Of a stretch of DNA of 59,808 nt, positions 19,783-28,980 are shown piece after piece. Below the pieces are notes generated by a model that worked only from the letters and a program-made list of their open reading frames with translations, was not told the origin of the DNA and made no database searches. Within the stretch, counting starts at the first letter, position 1, and each line of letters opens with the position of its first letter. Source of the stretch: a virus (Duplodnaviria > Caudoviricetes); IMG/VR virus record IMGVR_UViG_3300020045_013036, positions 1-59,808 of that record, one strand, 5' to 3'. Position numbers and translations under genes: made by a program.

Positions 19783-20360
19783 TCACCTTCAACAATACGA
19801 TGGCTGGTTAATACATTTGGAACGAACGGAAGTGCAATTTGTATAATACTTCCCTGCATGAGTTCAGGCTGAGCATCAAACCCGCGCAACGCCGACAAGG
19901 CCTTACCCGCGGCAATGCGGTCGGTGTCCTTCGAGTTGGGGCTGAGCATCACCGAGCGGTAGGTCATCTCGACTTCGGCGATATCGGTCTTGGTCCATTC
20001 ACGCACCTCCCGGCGCAGCTCTTCAATGCGCTCCTTGGTCTCAGGTTGCTTGAGCAGCACCCGGGATTGGTAGGCTGGGAGATCAGGCTTGATCACCAAC
20101 TCACGGGGCTGGTTGTTATCGTCATAGTCGGTGACCACCTCGCTGAAGGCCAACTCATACGCATCACTCGGCAGCTTGCCGAACACCACGATCAGGCGGC
20201 AGAACTTTTCAGCCTGCTCACTGAGTAGTAGGGCGTGATCCTCTTCTTCAGCCCGGGCCTTGACGATATCGCTCTCGCTGGTGAGGTGGGTTCCACCCGG
20301 CTCCGTGCTGAAGCCTAAGTACATGTCATCGAAATTTAATAGGGGTTCAGTCACGATCAA
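19779..20360 (-). CDS. Putative terminase small subunit
   Basis: QAEKFC...SDAYELAF...SRVLLKQPETKERIEELR...DRIAAGKAL resembles the Terminase_2 TerS pattern. Confidence 0.55.
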   Translation of the reverse strand: MIVTEPLLNFDDMYLGFSTEPGGTHLTSESDIVKARAEEEDHALLLSEQAEKFCRLIVVFGKLPSDAYELAFSEVVTDYDDNNQPRELVIKPDLPAYQSRVLLKQPETKERIEELRREVREWTKTDIAEVEMTYRSVMLSPNSKDTDRIAAGKALSALRGFDAQPELMQGSIIQIALPFVPNVLTSHRIVEGE

Positions 20361-22948
20361 TCCTTTGATTCGGGTCGAATGAAGAATAGGCGCGCGTTGT
20401 TTTCCCCATCCTGATAAGCAACGCCAAGTTCAATCAGCAATTCAGTTGCGCACTTGAAGCGTTCGCTGGTTTCGTCGCATTTTAGGTCGGCCAACAGGCG
20501 CCGCCACGGGCGAGAGAACGCGTTCATGGTTGCCGACTTCACCAAGCCACCACCGTGCAACGGACCCTTGGGCAACACGGCCGGGCGCAACGCCTTCATC
20601 ATGTCGGGGTTGATCCGGTACTTGGGCAGAACGCTTAGACCCATGCTGTTATTGCCGATCATGTGGTTGTAGAAGTCGCGCTGGGCCACGTACAAAAACT
20701 CTTCAGCCCATGCCATGATCTCAAGATTCAGGTATTCAGCTTCAGGCTCAGCAATCAGGGTGAGCACCGTGGTCAGCATGAAGAGCTTCAGGCCGGCGCG
20801 CTGTTTCAATGACTCGATACAAGGCTCAGCATCCGTGCCGCTCAAGCCGGCCGGCACGTTGAAGCGGTGCTTGGCCTTGTACTCCAGCTTGGCCACAGCC
20901 ATGAGGTCTTCATAGGTGCGGCCGGGCCGAATGTACCGCGGCTCGATGTCCGGGTTCTCGAAGTGCTCACGGATAGTGTTGATCAAGAATTCCCGATCAG
21001 CATCAACCGGTGCGTCGAATATGGCTGGGCCTTGGGGGTGAAGGCCATCCTTCCAAACCTGCTTGAAGAAGTTGGCCGCCTTGACAATCGACTGCTCGCG
21101 TGAATTCCCCACCTTACCCTGCATCAACTCGACCGCGCGGGCAATGGCCTGTTCCTCGGATTCGGTGTCGCTCTCAGCGTCATTGATGTAGGTCACCATG
21201 CGGGACATGAAGCCGTCAAACATCATCGCCCCCGAGATATCACCGTTCAACAGGGCGGGCGTGCCGGCCAGATTGAGCAACAGGGTGGGTGCGGTAAGCT
21301 CGGCGATCTCACGCTGCACCTGAGCGCTCGGGCGATAGGTCTTGCCCGGGATACCACCGTCGAACAGTTGCTTGATAGCAGTGTGCAAGGCGTGCAGGTG
21401 TTGATCCTGTTGCCCGGCTTTACCAAACATGGACTCAGCCTCATCACTGGTCATCAGCTGGAGGTTACCGGTGCGCTCGAAGTGATTCACCCACAAACCG
21501 GTGGCTGAGTGCAGCTTCTCCCGCGGGTTGCAGTTGCGATAAATCGTCTTCCTCAGTATGTCACCGGCGACATCAAGTGTGATGCTCTTGCCGGTGCCGG
21601 CGCGGGCGATGTTCAGGAAGAAAAGGTTCAGGGCTTTGGCTTCGATAGCATCAGACTGCCTGAAGAGGACATGCGGCATGAAGCCCAGCGCAGCCACCTG
21701 AACCAGTGACATGAGCATGGGTACCGGGCGCAGGAAATCATGCCAACCTTCGGGGTCAAGCTCCCAGAATTCATGCCGGCCTTGCGTTGTCAGCTCGGTC
21801 AGGATGTCGCGGAATTCAGCAAAGCGCTTGGTGGGGGCGGGCATACGCGACAGGATACCCATCGCCCATTTGCGCTCATCATCCTGCTTGGCCAAATCAG
21901 CGGCGCGCTGGGTCTGGGCTTCTTCGATTGCGGTTGGATCAACGGTGGCGACACAGGTGATGGAGTTGCCACCGATCAGGCGGCTGTAGGTCGTCCCCAG
22001 TTCGCGCTTCTCGGCGTCGCTGAACCCTTGGTCGGCCGATATGAAATGGGTCATCCGAGTCTGATCAACTTCCATCTTGAGCAGGGATTGGATGGTCATG
22101 GTCTTGGCGCCGGCCCGCAGGTGGTCACCAATCTTGGCCTCAACGCAGCCGGGCTTCCACTTTTCGTGCTTGCTCGACCACAGGTTCAAGGCTTCAAGCA
22201 TTTCCTGTTGGTGCTCGGTGACATCCCCCTTCTTCTTGCCAATACCCCAAGCCCTGAATGCGGCGAACACAACCGGGTACCAGTCCTCATAAACATCAAG
22301 GCGCTTTTCTGGGAGCAGGTTGTTACGCAGGGCGATCAGGAACAGGTTCTTTTCGCCGGGGGTGGCTATGGTACCGAAACTCTCAAAGCTGGTGCTTGTC
22401 GCTTGCACCTCTTCAACCGGCTCACTGGCGGTGAGCAGGGTGCCGTCAAAGCATTTGAAGTGGCGATATTCATTATCAGCATTGGGGCTGATGAAGCGTA
22501 GCTGGGACGCGCGGCTTGACTCAGGGGCGAAGCTCCCGTAAGCACCCAACAAGGAGCGCAGGCGCTCAACGGTGGCCGCGTGGCCGGCAATACTGGTTGG
22601 CTTGGCCAGTGGGAGGATCACTGCAAAGCGCCCGTGGTTCGACCAAGTGCCGAAGGCGATGTGCCCTATACCCTCAGCCTCAAGAATCGCTGTGACCGCA
22701 TCGAAAAGCCCCTCGCTGGGCTCGTCAAAATCCAACGTAACAGCGGTGACAGACGTGATGTTCTCAACTGTTCGAACATTGCTGTTGAACAGTGAAGCGA
22801 TGATACCTTTGGAATGGAGCTTGTCGGCTACCGGTGGCACTGAATTGATGAATGCCGCAAAGTCTGACAGCTTCAGAAATGTCAAACGGGTGACGTTATT
22901 GCTTCTGCAATTGTCGCTGATTGAGAGGGCAAAGGGGGTAGCGCTCAT
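20357..22948 (-). CDS. Primase-helicase (AEP-like N-terminus, PriCT-2-like region, DUF3987-like P-loop, C-terminal putative DNA-binding domain)
   Basis: TLDFD, TWSN..RFAVILPL, YEDWY...WS..H.KW, ARAGTGKS, SDEA, DGFMSR. Confidence 0.8.
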   Translation of the reverse strand: MSATPFALSISDNCRSNNVTRLTFLKLSDFAAFINSVPPVADKLHSKGIIASLFNSNVRTVENITSVTAVTLDFDEPSEGLFDAVTAILEAEGIGHIAFGTWSNHGRFAVILPLAKPTSIAGHAATVERLRSLLGAYGSFAPESSRASQLRFISPNADNEYRHFKCFDGTLLTASEPVEEVQATSTSFESFGTIATPGEKNLFLIALRNNLLPEKRLDVYEDWYPVVFAAFRAWGIGKKKGDVTEHQQEMLEALNLWSSKHEKWKPGCVEAKIGDHLRAGAKTMTIQSLLKMEVDQTRMTHFISADQGFSDAEKRELGTTYSRLIGGNSITCVATVDPTAIEEAQTQRAADLAKQDDERKWAMGILSRMPAPTKRFAEFRDILTELTTQGRHEFWELDPEGWHDFLRPVPMLMSLVQVAALGFMPHVLFRQSDAIEAKALNLFFLNIARAGTGKSITLDVAGDILRKTIYRNCNPREKLHSATGLWVNHFERTGNLQLMTSDEAESMFGKAGQQDQHLHALHTAIKQLFDGGIPGKTYRPSAQVQREIAELTAPTLLLNLAGTPALLNGDISGAMMFDGFMSRMVTYINDAESDTESEEQAIARAVELMQGKVGNSREQSIVKAANFFKQVWKDGLHPQGPAIFDAPVDADREFLINTIREHFENPDIEPRYIRPGRTYEDLMAVAKLEYKAKHRFNVPAGLSGTDAEPCIESLKQRAGLKLFMLTTVLTLIAEPEAEYLNLEIMAWAEEFLYVAQRDFYNHMIGNNSMGLSVLPKYRINPDMMKALRPAVLPKGPLHGGGLVKSATMNAFSRPWRRLLADLKCDETSERFKCATELLIELGVAYQDGENNARLFFIRPESKD

Positions 22949-22974
22949 TGGTGGCGCTCGGTGGTGATTTGCAT
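22945..22974 (-). CDS. 9-aa leader peptide MQITTERHQ coupled to the primase (ATGA overlap)
   Basis: GAGGA SD upstream of ATG 22974; its TGA overlaps primase ATG 22948, which lacks its own SD. Confidence 0.55.
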   Translation of the reverse strand: MQITTERHQ

Positions 22975-23079
22975 TTTAATCCTCAAGACACGGGCATCGA
23001 CACTTTTAAGGGGTGGAGGGTGGCGCCGGGGATCAATCCAGCATCACCCTCCGTGCTCCGTGTCGGGGAAGCAGGGGTC

Positions 23080-23108
23080 AGTATATCAGGTGAGCCCAAC
23101 TTCGTCCA
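23080..23108 (-). promoter_or_regulatory. sigma70-like promoter for the primase operon
   Basis: TGGACG-17bp-TATACT. Confidence 0.55.
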
Positions 23109-23769
23109 GAACTACGGTGCTAGGGGTCTTGCCCTTTACTTTCGGCACATAGGTCTCGCGAACCTCAATCTTGTCGGATTCAGCCCAAGCCTTGCGTAAG
23201 TTACTTTGCATGCAGGCGGCATCAATAACCGTCTTCAGGCGCAGCGCCCCCTCGCTATCAACCGATCCGGAAATCTCGATACCCAAGCCCGAAACGGAAA
23301 GCTCAGCCCGGGGTTCCAGTGGATAGTTTGCACGAACCCAACCAACAGCCGCGTGCAAATGCGGTTGAATCGCCTTCACCGCTTTGCCGAGATTCTGCTC
23401 GCCGGTGATTCGCTGGATCAGGCGGGCATAGGCATGTTGCTGAACGATTATAGGTACAGCATGGGGGCGCACCCGCTCGTTGTGCGGATACTTGGCGTCG
23501 AAGATCAACTGCGTCAGGGCGAGGTTGCCCCCGGTGTCGGTATCGACCACAATCACGCTGGCCGTGGCCCGGCTACCAATGGGACGGCCGACAGCTGCAT
23601 CAATGATCCGATCAGCGAAGAGCTTATCCACCCGGCGCACAAACTCCTTGACCGAGTTGCAGCGCAATATCGCGTGACCATGGCCGGCGTGCAGCTTGGC
23701 CGAGGCCTTGCTGATTTCCTGTTTGGCCAGCGCGTGCGCCAGCGTTGTGTCATTCCTTGAGACTTGCAT
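23086..23769 (-). CDS. Hypothetical protein
   Basis: Long ORF with GGAG SD before ATG 23769. Confidence 0.65.
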   Translation of the reverse strand: MQVSRNDTTLAHALAKQEISKASAKLHAGHGHAILRCNSVKEFVRRVDKLFADRIIDAAVGRPIGSRATASVIVVDTDTGGNLALTQLIFDAKYPHNERVRPHAVPIIVQQHAYARLIQRITGEQNLGKAVKAIQPHLHAAVGWVRANYPLEPRAELSVSGLGIEISGSVDSEGALRLKTVIDAACMQSNLRKAWAESDKIEVRETYVPKVKGKTPSTVVLDEVGLT

Positions 23770-23910
23770 TGGTTTAGACTCCGTATTTTTCAAACATCTT
23801 GGCAGCCCCGTTGCGATATTCACCGTCACGCTTACGGGTATTCTGGTCAGGCTTTTCCTTGCTCTGCTTTTCCCAGCGGGCCAGCTTGGCGAGGTAGGCT
23901 TTGGAGTATT

Positions 23911-24291
23911 TCACGGGCTCACCTTGGGGGAACAGGGTTCATCCAACTCACACTCGCCGCGACCGCACACCTTGCACAACCCCAGCACCACCTCACCATT
24001 CCGGTCAAGGATTGCCGAGGGAACCCCTACTTCACCGGTTTCCCAAAGGGGGTGGGGTGCCGGGTGTTGGTGCGAGCACCATTCAGCCCACTGCTCATCG
24101 GTCACTTCGTTGGGGCAGTGTTCGATCATCAGCTCGTCAATGCGGGCCTGTTTGGCGCCAAGCTGCTTTTTCAGCGCAACCACATCTGCTTCAAGGCGCT
24201 CTCTTTCTGCTCGCTCGGCGTCGTATAGTTGCCATGCTGCGGAATTGGTATTTCTTATTTTCAGATCATCGCTAATCGGTGTCATCTTCAC
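23911..24291 (-). CDS. Hypothetical protein (coiled coil plus Cys cluster)
   Basis: ORF track; overlaps neighbours. Confidence 0.6.
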   Translation of the reverse strand: MKMTPISDDLKIRNTNSAAWQLYDAERAERERLEADVVALKKQLGAKQARIDELMIEHCPNEVTDEQWAEWCSHQHPAPHPLWETGEVGVPSAILDRNGEVVLGLCKVCGRGECELDEPCSPKVSP

Positions 24292-24533
24292 TCCCCCTGT
24301 TTAGGTGGTTGCTCATTCTCCGGATCAAACTGGGGCCAGTATTCCTCCCAGAAAGACGAAGAACCACCCACTGATCCAGCGAAATCCTTGAGCACTTCGA
24401 TGGCTTTCTTCAGGCGCACGCTTTCACTTGTCAGTTCAGCCACCCGACCTCGCAAATAGCGGTTGTCCGTGATCAGGGAGTCGTTCATTTCGGCCAGCTT
24501 TTCAGGGCTGGTCTTGCTTGCGTCAATGGTCAT
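24288..24533 (-). CDS. Hypothetical protein
   Basis: 4-bp overlaps with neighbours. Confidence 0.6.
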   Translation of the reverse strand: MTIDASKTSPEKLAEMNDSLITDNRYLRGRVAELTSESVRLKKAIEVLKDFAGSVGGSSSFWEEYWPQFDPENEQPPKQGE

Positions 24534-24799
24534 TTCGATTCCTTTAGGTGATTCACCACACAGGCGGCGGCCTTCCAGATTTCTTGGCGCAGCGCTGCAA
24601 ACATATCACCATGATGGTCATACTGGGTGTAGGTGCCACCCAGTGTTTCCGCGCAGAACCTGCAAAGCTCCTGCTCCTTCTTCTTCTCGCCGGTAGGTGA
24701 GTGCCCGGCACCAAAGCTGCTGGTCGGGACTTCACACCCACAACTATCACAGGCCACAGGGTAAAGTTCCAAATACTTCTGGCTGTATTTAATGGTCAT
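24530..24799 (-). CDS. Hypothetical Zn-finger protein
   Basis: CDSC...CRFC. Confidence 0.6.
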   Translation of the reverse strand: MTIKYSQKYLELYPVACDSCGCEVPTSSFGAGHSPTGEKKKEQELCRFCAETLGGTYTQYDHHGDMFAALRQEIWKAAACVVNHLKESK

Positions 24800-24965
24800 T
24801 TTCTTCCCCTAAATCGCACCCACCATCACCCCGTACAAAGCGGTGTTCGCTATCCGGCAAGGGTTGAATCACACAGATCAGCCAACGGGGGAGTTGAATG
24901 TTGCAAATCCCGCTCCAGTGATTCCCGCTTGGCTTGAAATATTTGCACTCCCCGCAGGTGGTCAT
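24789..24965 (-). CDS. Small Cys-rich hypothetical protein
   Basis: MTTCGECKYF...GIC...GC. Confidence 0.55.
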   Translation of the reverse strand: MTTCGECKYFKPSGNHWSGICNIQLPRWLICVIQPLPDSEHRFVRGDGGCDLGEENDH

Positions 24966-25585
24966 TGTGCCAACCTTCCAAGCGCTTCTTGCGCGATGCA
25001 ATTACCAATGCTGTTGCCCCACTGGTCACCGTTTCCAAGGCACGCCAGCTTTTCCAGTTCCACCTCGACTTCCTTATCCTCGCCCGGGACGCGGAGCAAA
25101 CCCCCGGCGATTGCGTTGCGATGTGCCGCGCTACCTTCTTTCACTAGGCGCAGAAATCCATCAACCGTGATGGTGCCCAAGAGCTTAACCTTTTCGGTCT
25201 TTGGCTTGGGCGCTTCCCAGTTCATATACTCAATGGCGCGATGGTAACCGTCATCACAGGTGGTCCAGCCAAGCCGGTCAGATTCGCAAGCGGCAACCAC
25301 CCACTTGCCGGGGGCGGTGCCTTCATACCAAAGCTGGTCACCCTTATACACCGGGCGTCCTTCCACCCAGAACAGGGGTACCATGCGCAACTTCTCAACC
25401 TCACAGCCTTCTGGGCGGGTGAAGCGCCCATCTGGCACCGTGAAAATGTATTTCCCGGCACTGTCAGGCCCGGCTACGTAGGTAAGCTTGGGGGCGCGTC
25501 CAAGAATTTGCACCGGCGCCCCATCCTTGGCGGCTTCGAGGTCGAACGGGCGCAGCAAATCAGCGTTTTGCGGGTATTCCATCAT
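24962..25585 (-). CDS. Hypothetical protein
   Basis: AGGAG SD; follows the promoter at 25607-25636. Confidence 0.65.
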   Translation of the reverse strand: MMEYPQNADLLRPFDLEAAKDGAPVQILGRAPKLTYVAGPDSAGKYIFTVPDGRFTRPEGCEVEKLRMVPLFWVEGRPVYKGDQLWYEGTAPGKWVVAACESDRLGWTTCDDGYHRAIEYMNWEAPKPKTEKVKLLGTITVDGFLRLVKEGSAAHRNAIAGGLLRVPGEDKEVEVELEKLACLGNGDQWGNSIGNCIAQEALGRLAQ

Positions 25586-25606
25586 GTTCTCCTGTTTTGA
25601 GATTCC

Positions 25607-25645
25607 ATTGTAGCGGAACCCCGGGGGTGGTGTCAAGTGCTAACG
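25607..25645 (-). promoter_or_regulatory. sigma70-like promoter plus operator
   Basis: TTGACA-18-TACAAT; TGTCAAGTGCTAACG at 25631-25645. Confidence 0.65.
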
Positions 25646-25941
25646 ATTGCTTTCTGAATCGCGGCCCGAGCGGCGGCAACCTCTTCCCTGTTCGGAAGCT
25701 CGTCAGCCCCCAAGGCATCAACAAGGTTGAGTAGCTGGGCCAGAAGGTCAGGGGCGGCGGCGATTAGGTGGGCATTGGCTTCAGCTTCAGCCCACAAAGC
25801 CTTGTAGGGGATGTTGCAGGATGGGGAAGAGAAAGCCTCGGCCACCACGTAGCCGGCGGCGCATTCAACCTTGGCTTGGCAGCCGGTACCGGTGGGCTTT
25901 ACCCGTACATTCCACGGTCCCGCGGTGTGCTTAGCGCCCAT
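25633..25941 (-). CDS. Conserved phage protein (HTxGPW...ANAxLIAAAPDLL family)
   Basis: KHTAGPW, EANAHLIAAAPDLL. Confidence 0.75.
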   Translation of the reverse strand: MGAKHTAGPWNVRVKPTGTGCQAKVECAAGYVVAEAFSSPSCNIPYKALWAEAEANAHLIAAAPDLLAQLLNLVDALGADELPNREEVAAARAAIQKAIVST

Positions 25942-26224
25942 AATTGCGGCGACCTTCGCGCTCGAAATCCCGGCGATCCTGTTCAATCAGGCGCTGTGAA
26001 TCACGCAGGATTTCGTTGAGCCGGCGCTCTTGCTCCCGGCTTTCTTCCCAGTCCCGGCGATCCAGTTCAGCCTTGCGGCGCTCGTCCCGGCGGTCATGCT
26101 CCAAATCGAACGCGGTGCAGCTGTAGGGGCCACAGTAGGTTCCCCCTGCCATGGTGTTGGGTGAGTAGGCGATAGCGCAGCCAAGGGTCAGCGCTGCAAG
26201 GATGCGGGTGGTTCGCGTGTTCAT
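25931..26224 (-). CDS. Hypothetical exported protein
   Basis: N-terminal signal-like segment followed by a charged coiled coil. Confidence 0.6.
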   Translation of the reverse strand: MNTRTTRILAALTLGCAIAYSPNTMAGGTYCGPYSCTAFDLEHDRRDERRKAELDRRDWEESREQERRLNEILRDSQRLIEQDRRDFEREGRRNYGR

Positions 26225-26387
26225 GATTAGGCTTTCAAGTGGTTGAGTTGTATGAATGCTGCCACGTAATTGGCTACGGGGTGCGGGGGCGGTATGGCGT
26301 GCTGCACCGGCTTATGCTTGGTGCAGTATTGCTTTGGCGGGTTGGAGCGGATCAACCGGATGAACGGTTGGGGGCGTTGGCGGATCA

Positions 26388-26684
26388 TTATCGAACCCTC
26401 GTCAAAGCTACGCGATAGATGTCATATTGGCGGCTGGTCAGGTCGGTGGCGTGATCCAGAACAATGCCTGTGAGGGTGCGCCCGGCCAGCTTGTGAAAGT
26501 CATCAACGTAGAGCGGCGACACAATTTGCAGGTCTTCACGCCCCAGCTTGCGAGCCAAATCCCGGGGCCAAGCGAGGTGCTGATTCACCCAAATATAGAT
26601 GGCCCCTTTCGGGGCATCCTGCATTTGCTTGGTGGTGCGCCCGGTGCCACGGAGGTGAGGCGGGTCAAAGTCAGTGCGGCTCAT
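26388..26684 (-). CDS. Small degenerate P-loop-like protein
   Basis: RGTGRTT near the N-terminus and IVLDHA near the C-terminus. Confidence 0.5.
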   Translation of the reverse strand: MSRTDFDPPHLRGTGRTTKQMQDAPKGAIYIWVNQHLAWPRDLARKLGREDLQIVSPLYVDDFHKLAGRTLTGIVLDHATDLTSRQYDIYRVALTRVR

Positions 26685-26778
26685 AGCGGTGCATTCTGGC
26701 CGATGGTGACAAAGGACTTCACGGTGTCGCCGGGGCGGCAGTGGCACAGCTTAATCGGCTTTTCCTTATTTACGATGA

Positions 26779-27297
26779 TCATTCGAGCCACCCCTCAACA
26801 CGCAGGGTCCGGATCAGGCGAGCCGCCTCTTCACGGCTCAGGATGCGCTTGAAGGTCACATCCACAGCGGTGTCATACGCCAAGGTCAAACGAACAACCG
26901 GGGCGGCAGCGTCAAGGTTGATACCCTGTTCGGCAGCCCAGACCTTGAGCTCAGCTTGTTGGGTGGTGCGCTCAGCGGTGCGCGCCTGAATAGTCACCAC
27001 CTTGGCTAGGCGAGCCTCTACCTCAGCGATGACGCGATCAACCGGCCAACCACCCTTGATGGTGCGCTTGAAAACCTTCTTATGATAGTAGCCGATGCTA
27101 ACGTATGCCTGCCCATCGCTTGCGCGGTAGCTTCGAGTAACATCCACATTGAGCGGGATCACATCCACCTCCCCCTTGGTGTGAATGTAGCTGAAGCGGA
27201 GGCCCGTTGAGGGCGGATTCATTCCAAACAAATCGGGCCGGGCGGCGATCAGCAAGGCGCCAAGCTCCTTGGTTGCGGTTTCGCGGTCCATTTTCAC
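26779..27297 (-). CDS. Hypothetical protein
   Basis: ORF track. Confidence 0.6.
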   Translation of the reverse strand: MKMDRETATKELGALLIAARPDLFGMNPPSTGLRFSYIHTKGEVDVIPLNVDVTRSYRASDGQAYVSIGYYHKKVFKRTIKGGWPVDRVIAEVEARLAKVVTIQARTAERTTQQAELKVWAAEQGINLDAAAPVVRLTLAYDTAVDVTFKRILSREEAARLIRTLRVEGWLE

Positions 27298-27518
27298 TCT
27301 CCTTTGGCTAAGCGTTTAGCCGCTTTGCGTTGGCGCTTTGCTTCAGCCTTTGCCAATGCTGCATTGTCTTTTTCAGCGCGGCGGCCGGTGTTGATCGGCT
27401 TCTGGGTGTCACCCCATTCAGGGCGCACGACTGGCACGGCCAGCGCGGCCAGCGCGGCGGCAAGTGCCAAGCTGTATGGGGCGCCCCCAACAACAGCGAT
27501 GCGTTTATGGTCCATCAT
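27294..27518 (-). CDS. Hypothetical protein with basic C-terminus
   Basis: AGGAG SD; AKAEAKRQRKAAKR tail. Confidence 0.6.
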   Translation of the reverse strand: MMDHKRIAVVGGAPYSLALAAALAALAVPVVRPEWGDTQKPINTGRRAEKDNAALAKAEAKRQRKAAKRLAKGE

Positions 27519-27547
27519 TTTCTCCTGTTCAGATGCGACGAAGCCCC

Positions 27548-27585
27548 AGTTTATCAGACCGGGGCTTCAGTGTCAAGGACTAACG
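27548..27585 (-). promoter_or_regulatory. sigma70-like promoter plus operator
   Basis: TTGACA-17-TAAACT; TGTCAAGGACTAACG at 27571-27585. Confidence 0.65.
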
Positions 27586-27773
27586 TAACGCTCAGCCAAT
27601 GCCAAGTAGGCGCGACAGGTTACGAAACAGCGGTCTGTCAGGCAGGATTGAGCAAAGCGGGCATCCTCCCAAGCCTTACCCCACCCCTTGTTTCGCTTGT
27701 TCATTGGCACCCTGTCCAGCGCAACCAACACAGCATTAATGCGTTCGGCTAGGGTTGCCATTTTAGCTGCCAC
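27573..27773 (-). CDS. Hypothetical protein
   Basis: ORF track. Confidence 0.5.
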   Translation of the reverse strand: MAAKMATLAERINAVLVALDRVPMNKRNKGWGKAWEDARFAQSCLTDRCFVTCRAYLALAERYVSP

Positions 27774-28062
27774 CCTTCACAAACGGATCGGCAACCACCC
27801 GCTCATCGGGGGACAGGTGCAACGAACGGCGCAGGGCACCCACACCCCGAGCCCACTTGCGCACAATGCTGGAACCGTAGTCAATCAGGTAAGGCTTGTT
27901 GCCGATATCGAAGGCCCAGCCTTGGAACAGGTAGAGCTTGGCGCCCGCGGTGTCGGGGATGCGAACCTCGTACTCATTAATTTGACGAGCTAGTTCAGCG
28001 GCTTCAGCTTGGCTCAGGGTGGCGTTCGGATTGAAGCGGTGGAATTCTCGGACAATACTCAT
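27763..28062 (-). CDS. Hypothetical early protein directly downstream of the hammerhead
   Basis: GGAG SD at 28072-28069. Confidence 0.65.
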   Translation of the reverse strand: MSIVREFHRFNPNATLSQAEAAELARQINEYEVRIPDTAGAKLYLFQGWAFDIGNKPYLIDYGSSIVRKWARGVGALRRSLHLSPDERVVADPFVKGGS

Positions 28063-28070
28063 TTTGTTCT

Positions 28071-28124
28071 CCGTGTTTCGCCCGTCTTGGGCTCATCAGT
28101 GCCGCAGCTGGCGGCAGACACCGG
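28071..28124 (-). ncRNA. Type III hammerhead ribozyme
   Basis: Minus strand reads GUGUC^UGCCGC-cagcu-GCGGCA-CUGAUGA-GCCC-aagac-GGGC-GAA-ACAC: complete core, GUC triplet and three stems; intergenic and sense to the operon. Confidence 0.88.
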
Positions 28125-28146
28125 GGGCGGCGCACCCCCATTTGGT

Positions 28147-28548
28147 TCAGTGGTTGATCAGGGTGACCGGGGTATCGGCGGCAGGGTGGGGATAGCGCAG
28201 GGTGGCGTCGAAGTTCTCCAAGAACTCCTTGCGCTTAACCCAGATGATAGGGGTGCCAAAGGTGAATGCCGTTCCCGCGGTAACCATGCCATACGTAATT
28301 GGAATTTCGGCGCGCAGGTGTTGCAGGGCTTCGGCCAAGTAGGGCCAATCATGTACCTTGTTGAAGGCGGCAAGGCAATCCAGCATCAAGCCTTGATCAG
28401 GGGGCAGGGTGTCGCGCAGGTTCTCAATGTTGCGGGCGATGATGGCAGCCTTGAGGGTGTCAGGCAGTGCCGCATCATTGAGGCGGTGCTCGATGGCGCC
28501 GATTTCCTTCAGGCTGCCTACCTTGTTGAAGTTGGTGGTCATGTTCAT
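28147..28548 (-). CDS. Hypothetical early protein
   Basis: AAGGAG SD. Confidence 0.65.
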   Translation of the reverse strand: MNMTTNFNKVGSLKEIGAIEHRLNDAALPDTLKAAIIARNIENLRDTLPPDQGLMLDCLAAFNKVHDWPYLAEALQHLRAEIPITYGMVTAGTAFTFGTPIIWVKRKEFLENFDATLRYPHPAADTPVTLINH

Positions 28549-28781
28549 TGCTCCTTGATACGGGTGACGGTGACAGAAAAGGTGCGATGGCGACTATTCC
28601 AGCCGGCCCGGCTGACGCGCGGGCTGAGCAGGAACCAAACCTCATCACCTGCATAACCCTGAGCCCATGCGGCCACGTAAGCGATGCGGGCGGCCAAAAG
28701 ACGGGTGGGGGCGATGATGGTCTTGGTGCCGTCATTGACGCTGGTGATGGCGATTTGGTATTGAGTGCGCGGCATGTTCAT
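28545..28781 (-). CDS. Hypothetical early protein
   Basis: AGGAG SD. Confidence 0.6.
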   Translation of the reverse strand: MNMPRTQYQIAITSVNDGTKTIIAPTRLLAARIAYVAAWAQGYAGDEVWFLLSPRVSRAGWNSRHRTFSVTVTRIKEQ

Positions 28782-28786
28782 TGCTC

Positions 28787-28978
28787 CTAGTTGATGATGG
28801 CGCGGCGAACCGCGTCAATGGTAAAACTATCGCCATTCGGCAATTCGATCAGGCGCTGGCAGGCGTCGAGCCGGTTACCGTCGCGATCAACATGCAAACA
28901 GCGAGAATCCGGATGATCAGCAATGGTGCGCTCGCGCTCGCCAATCAGCGGCAAAACCCATGCAGGTAAGGTGACCAT
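28787..28978 (-). CDS. Hypothetical early protein
   Basis: ORF track. Confidence 0.5.
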   Translation of the reverse strand: MVTLPAWVLPLIGERERTIADHPDSRCLHVDRDGNRLDACQRLIELPNGDSFTIDAVRRAIIN

Positions 28979-28980
28979 GA

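Noticed and set aside
27540-27570. Second hammerhead (CUGAUAA inside a hairpin)
   Set aside because: It lacks CUGAnGA, GAAA and the three-stem junction; it coincides with a promoter spacer and -10.
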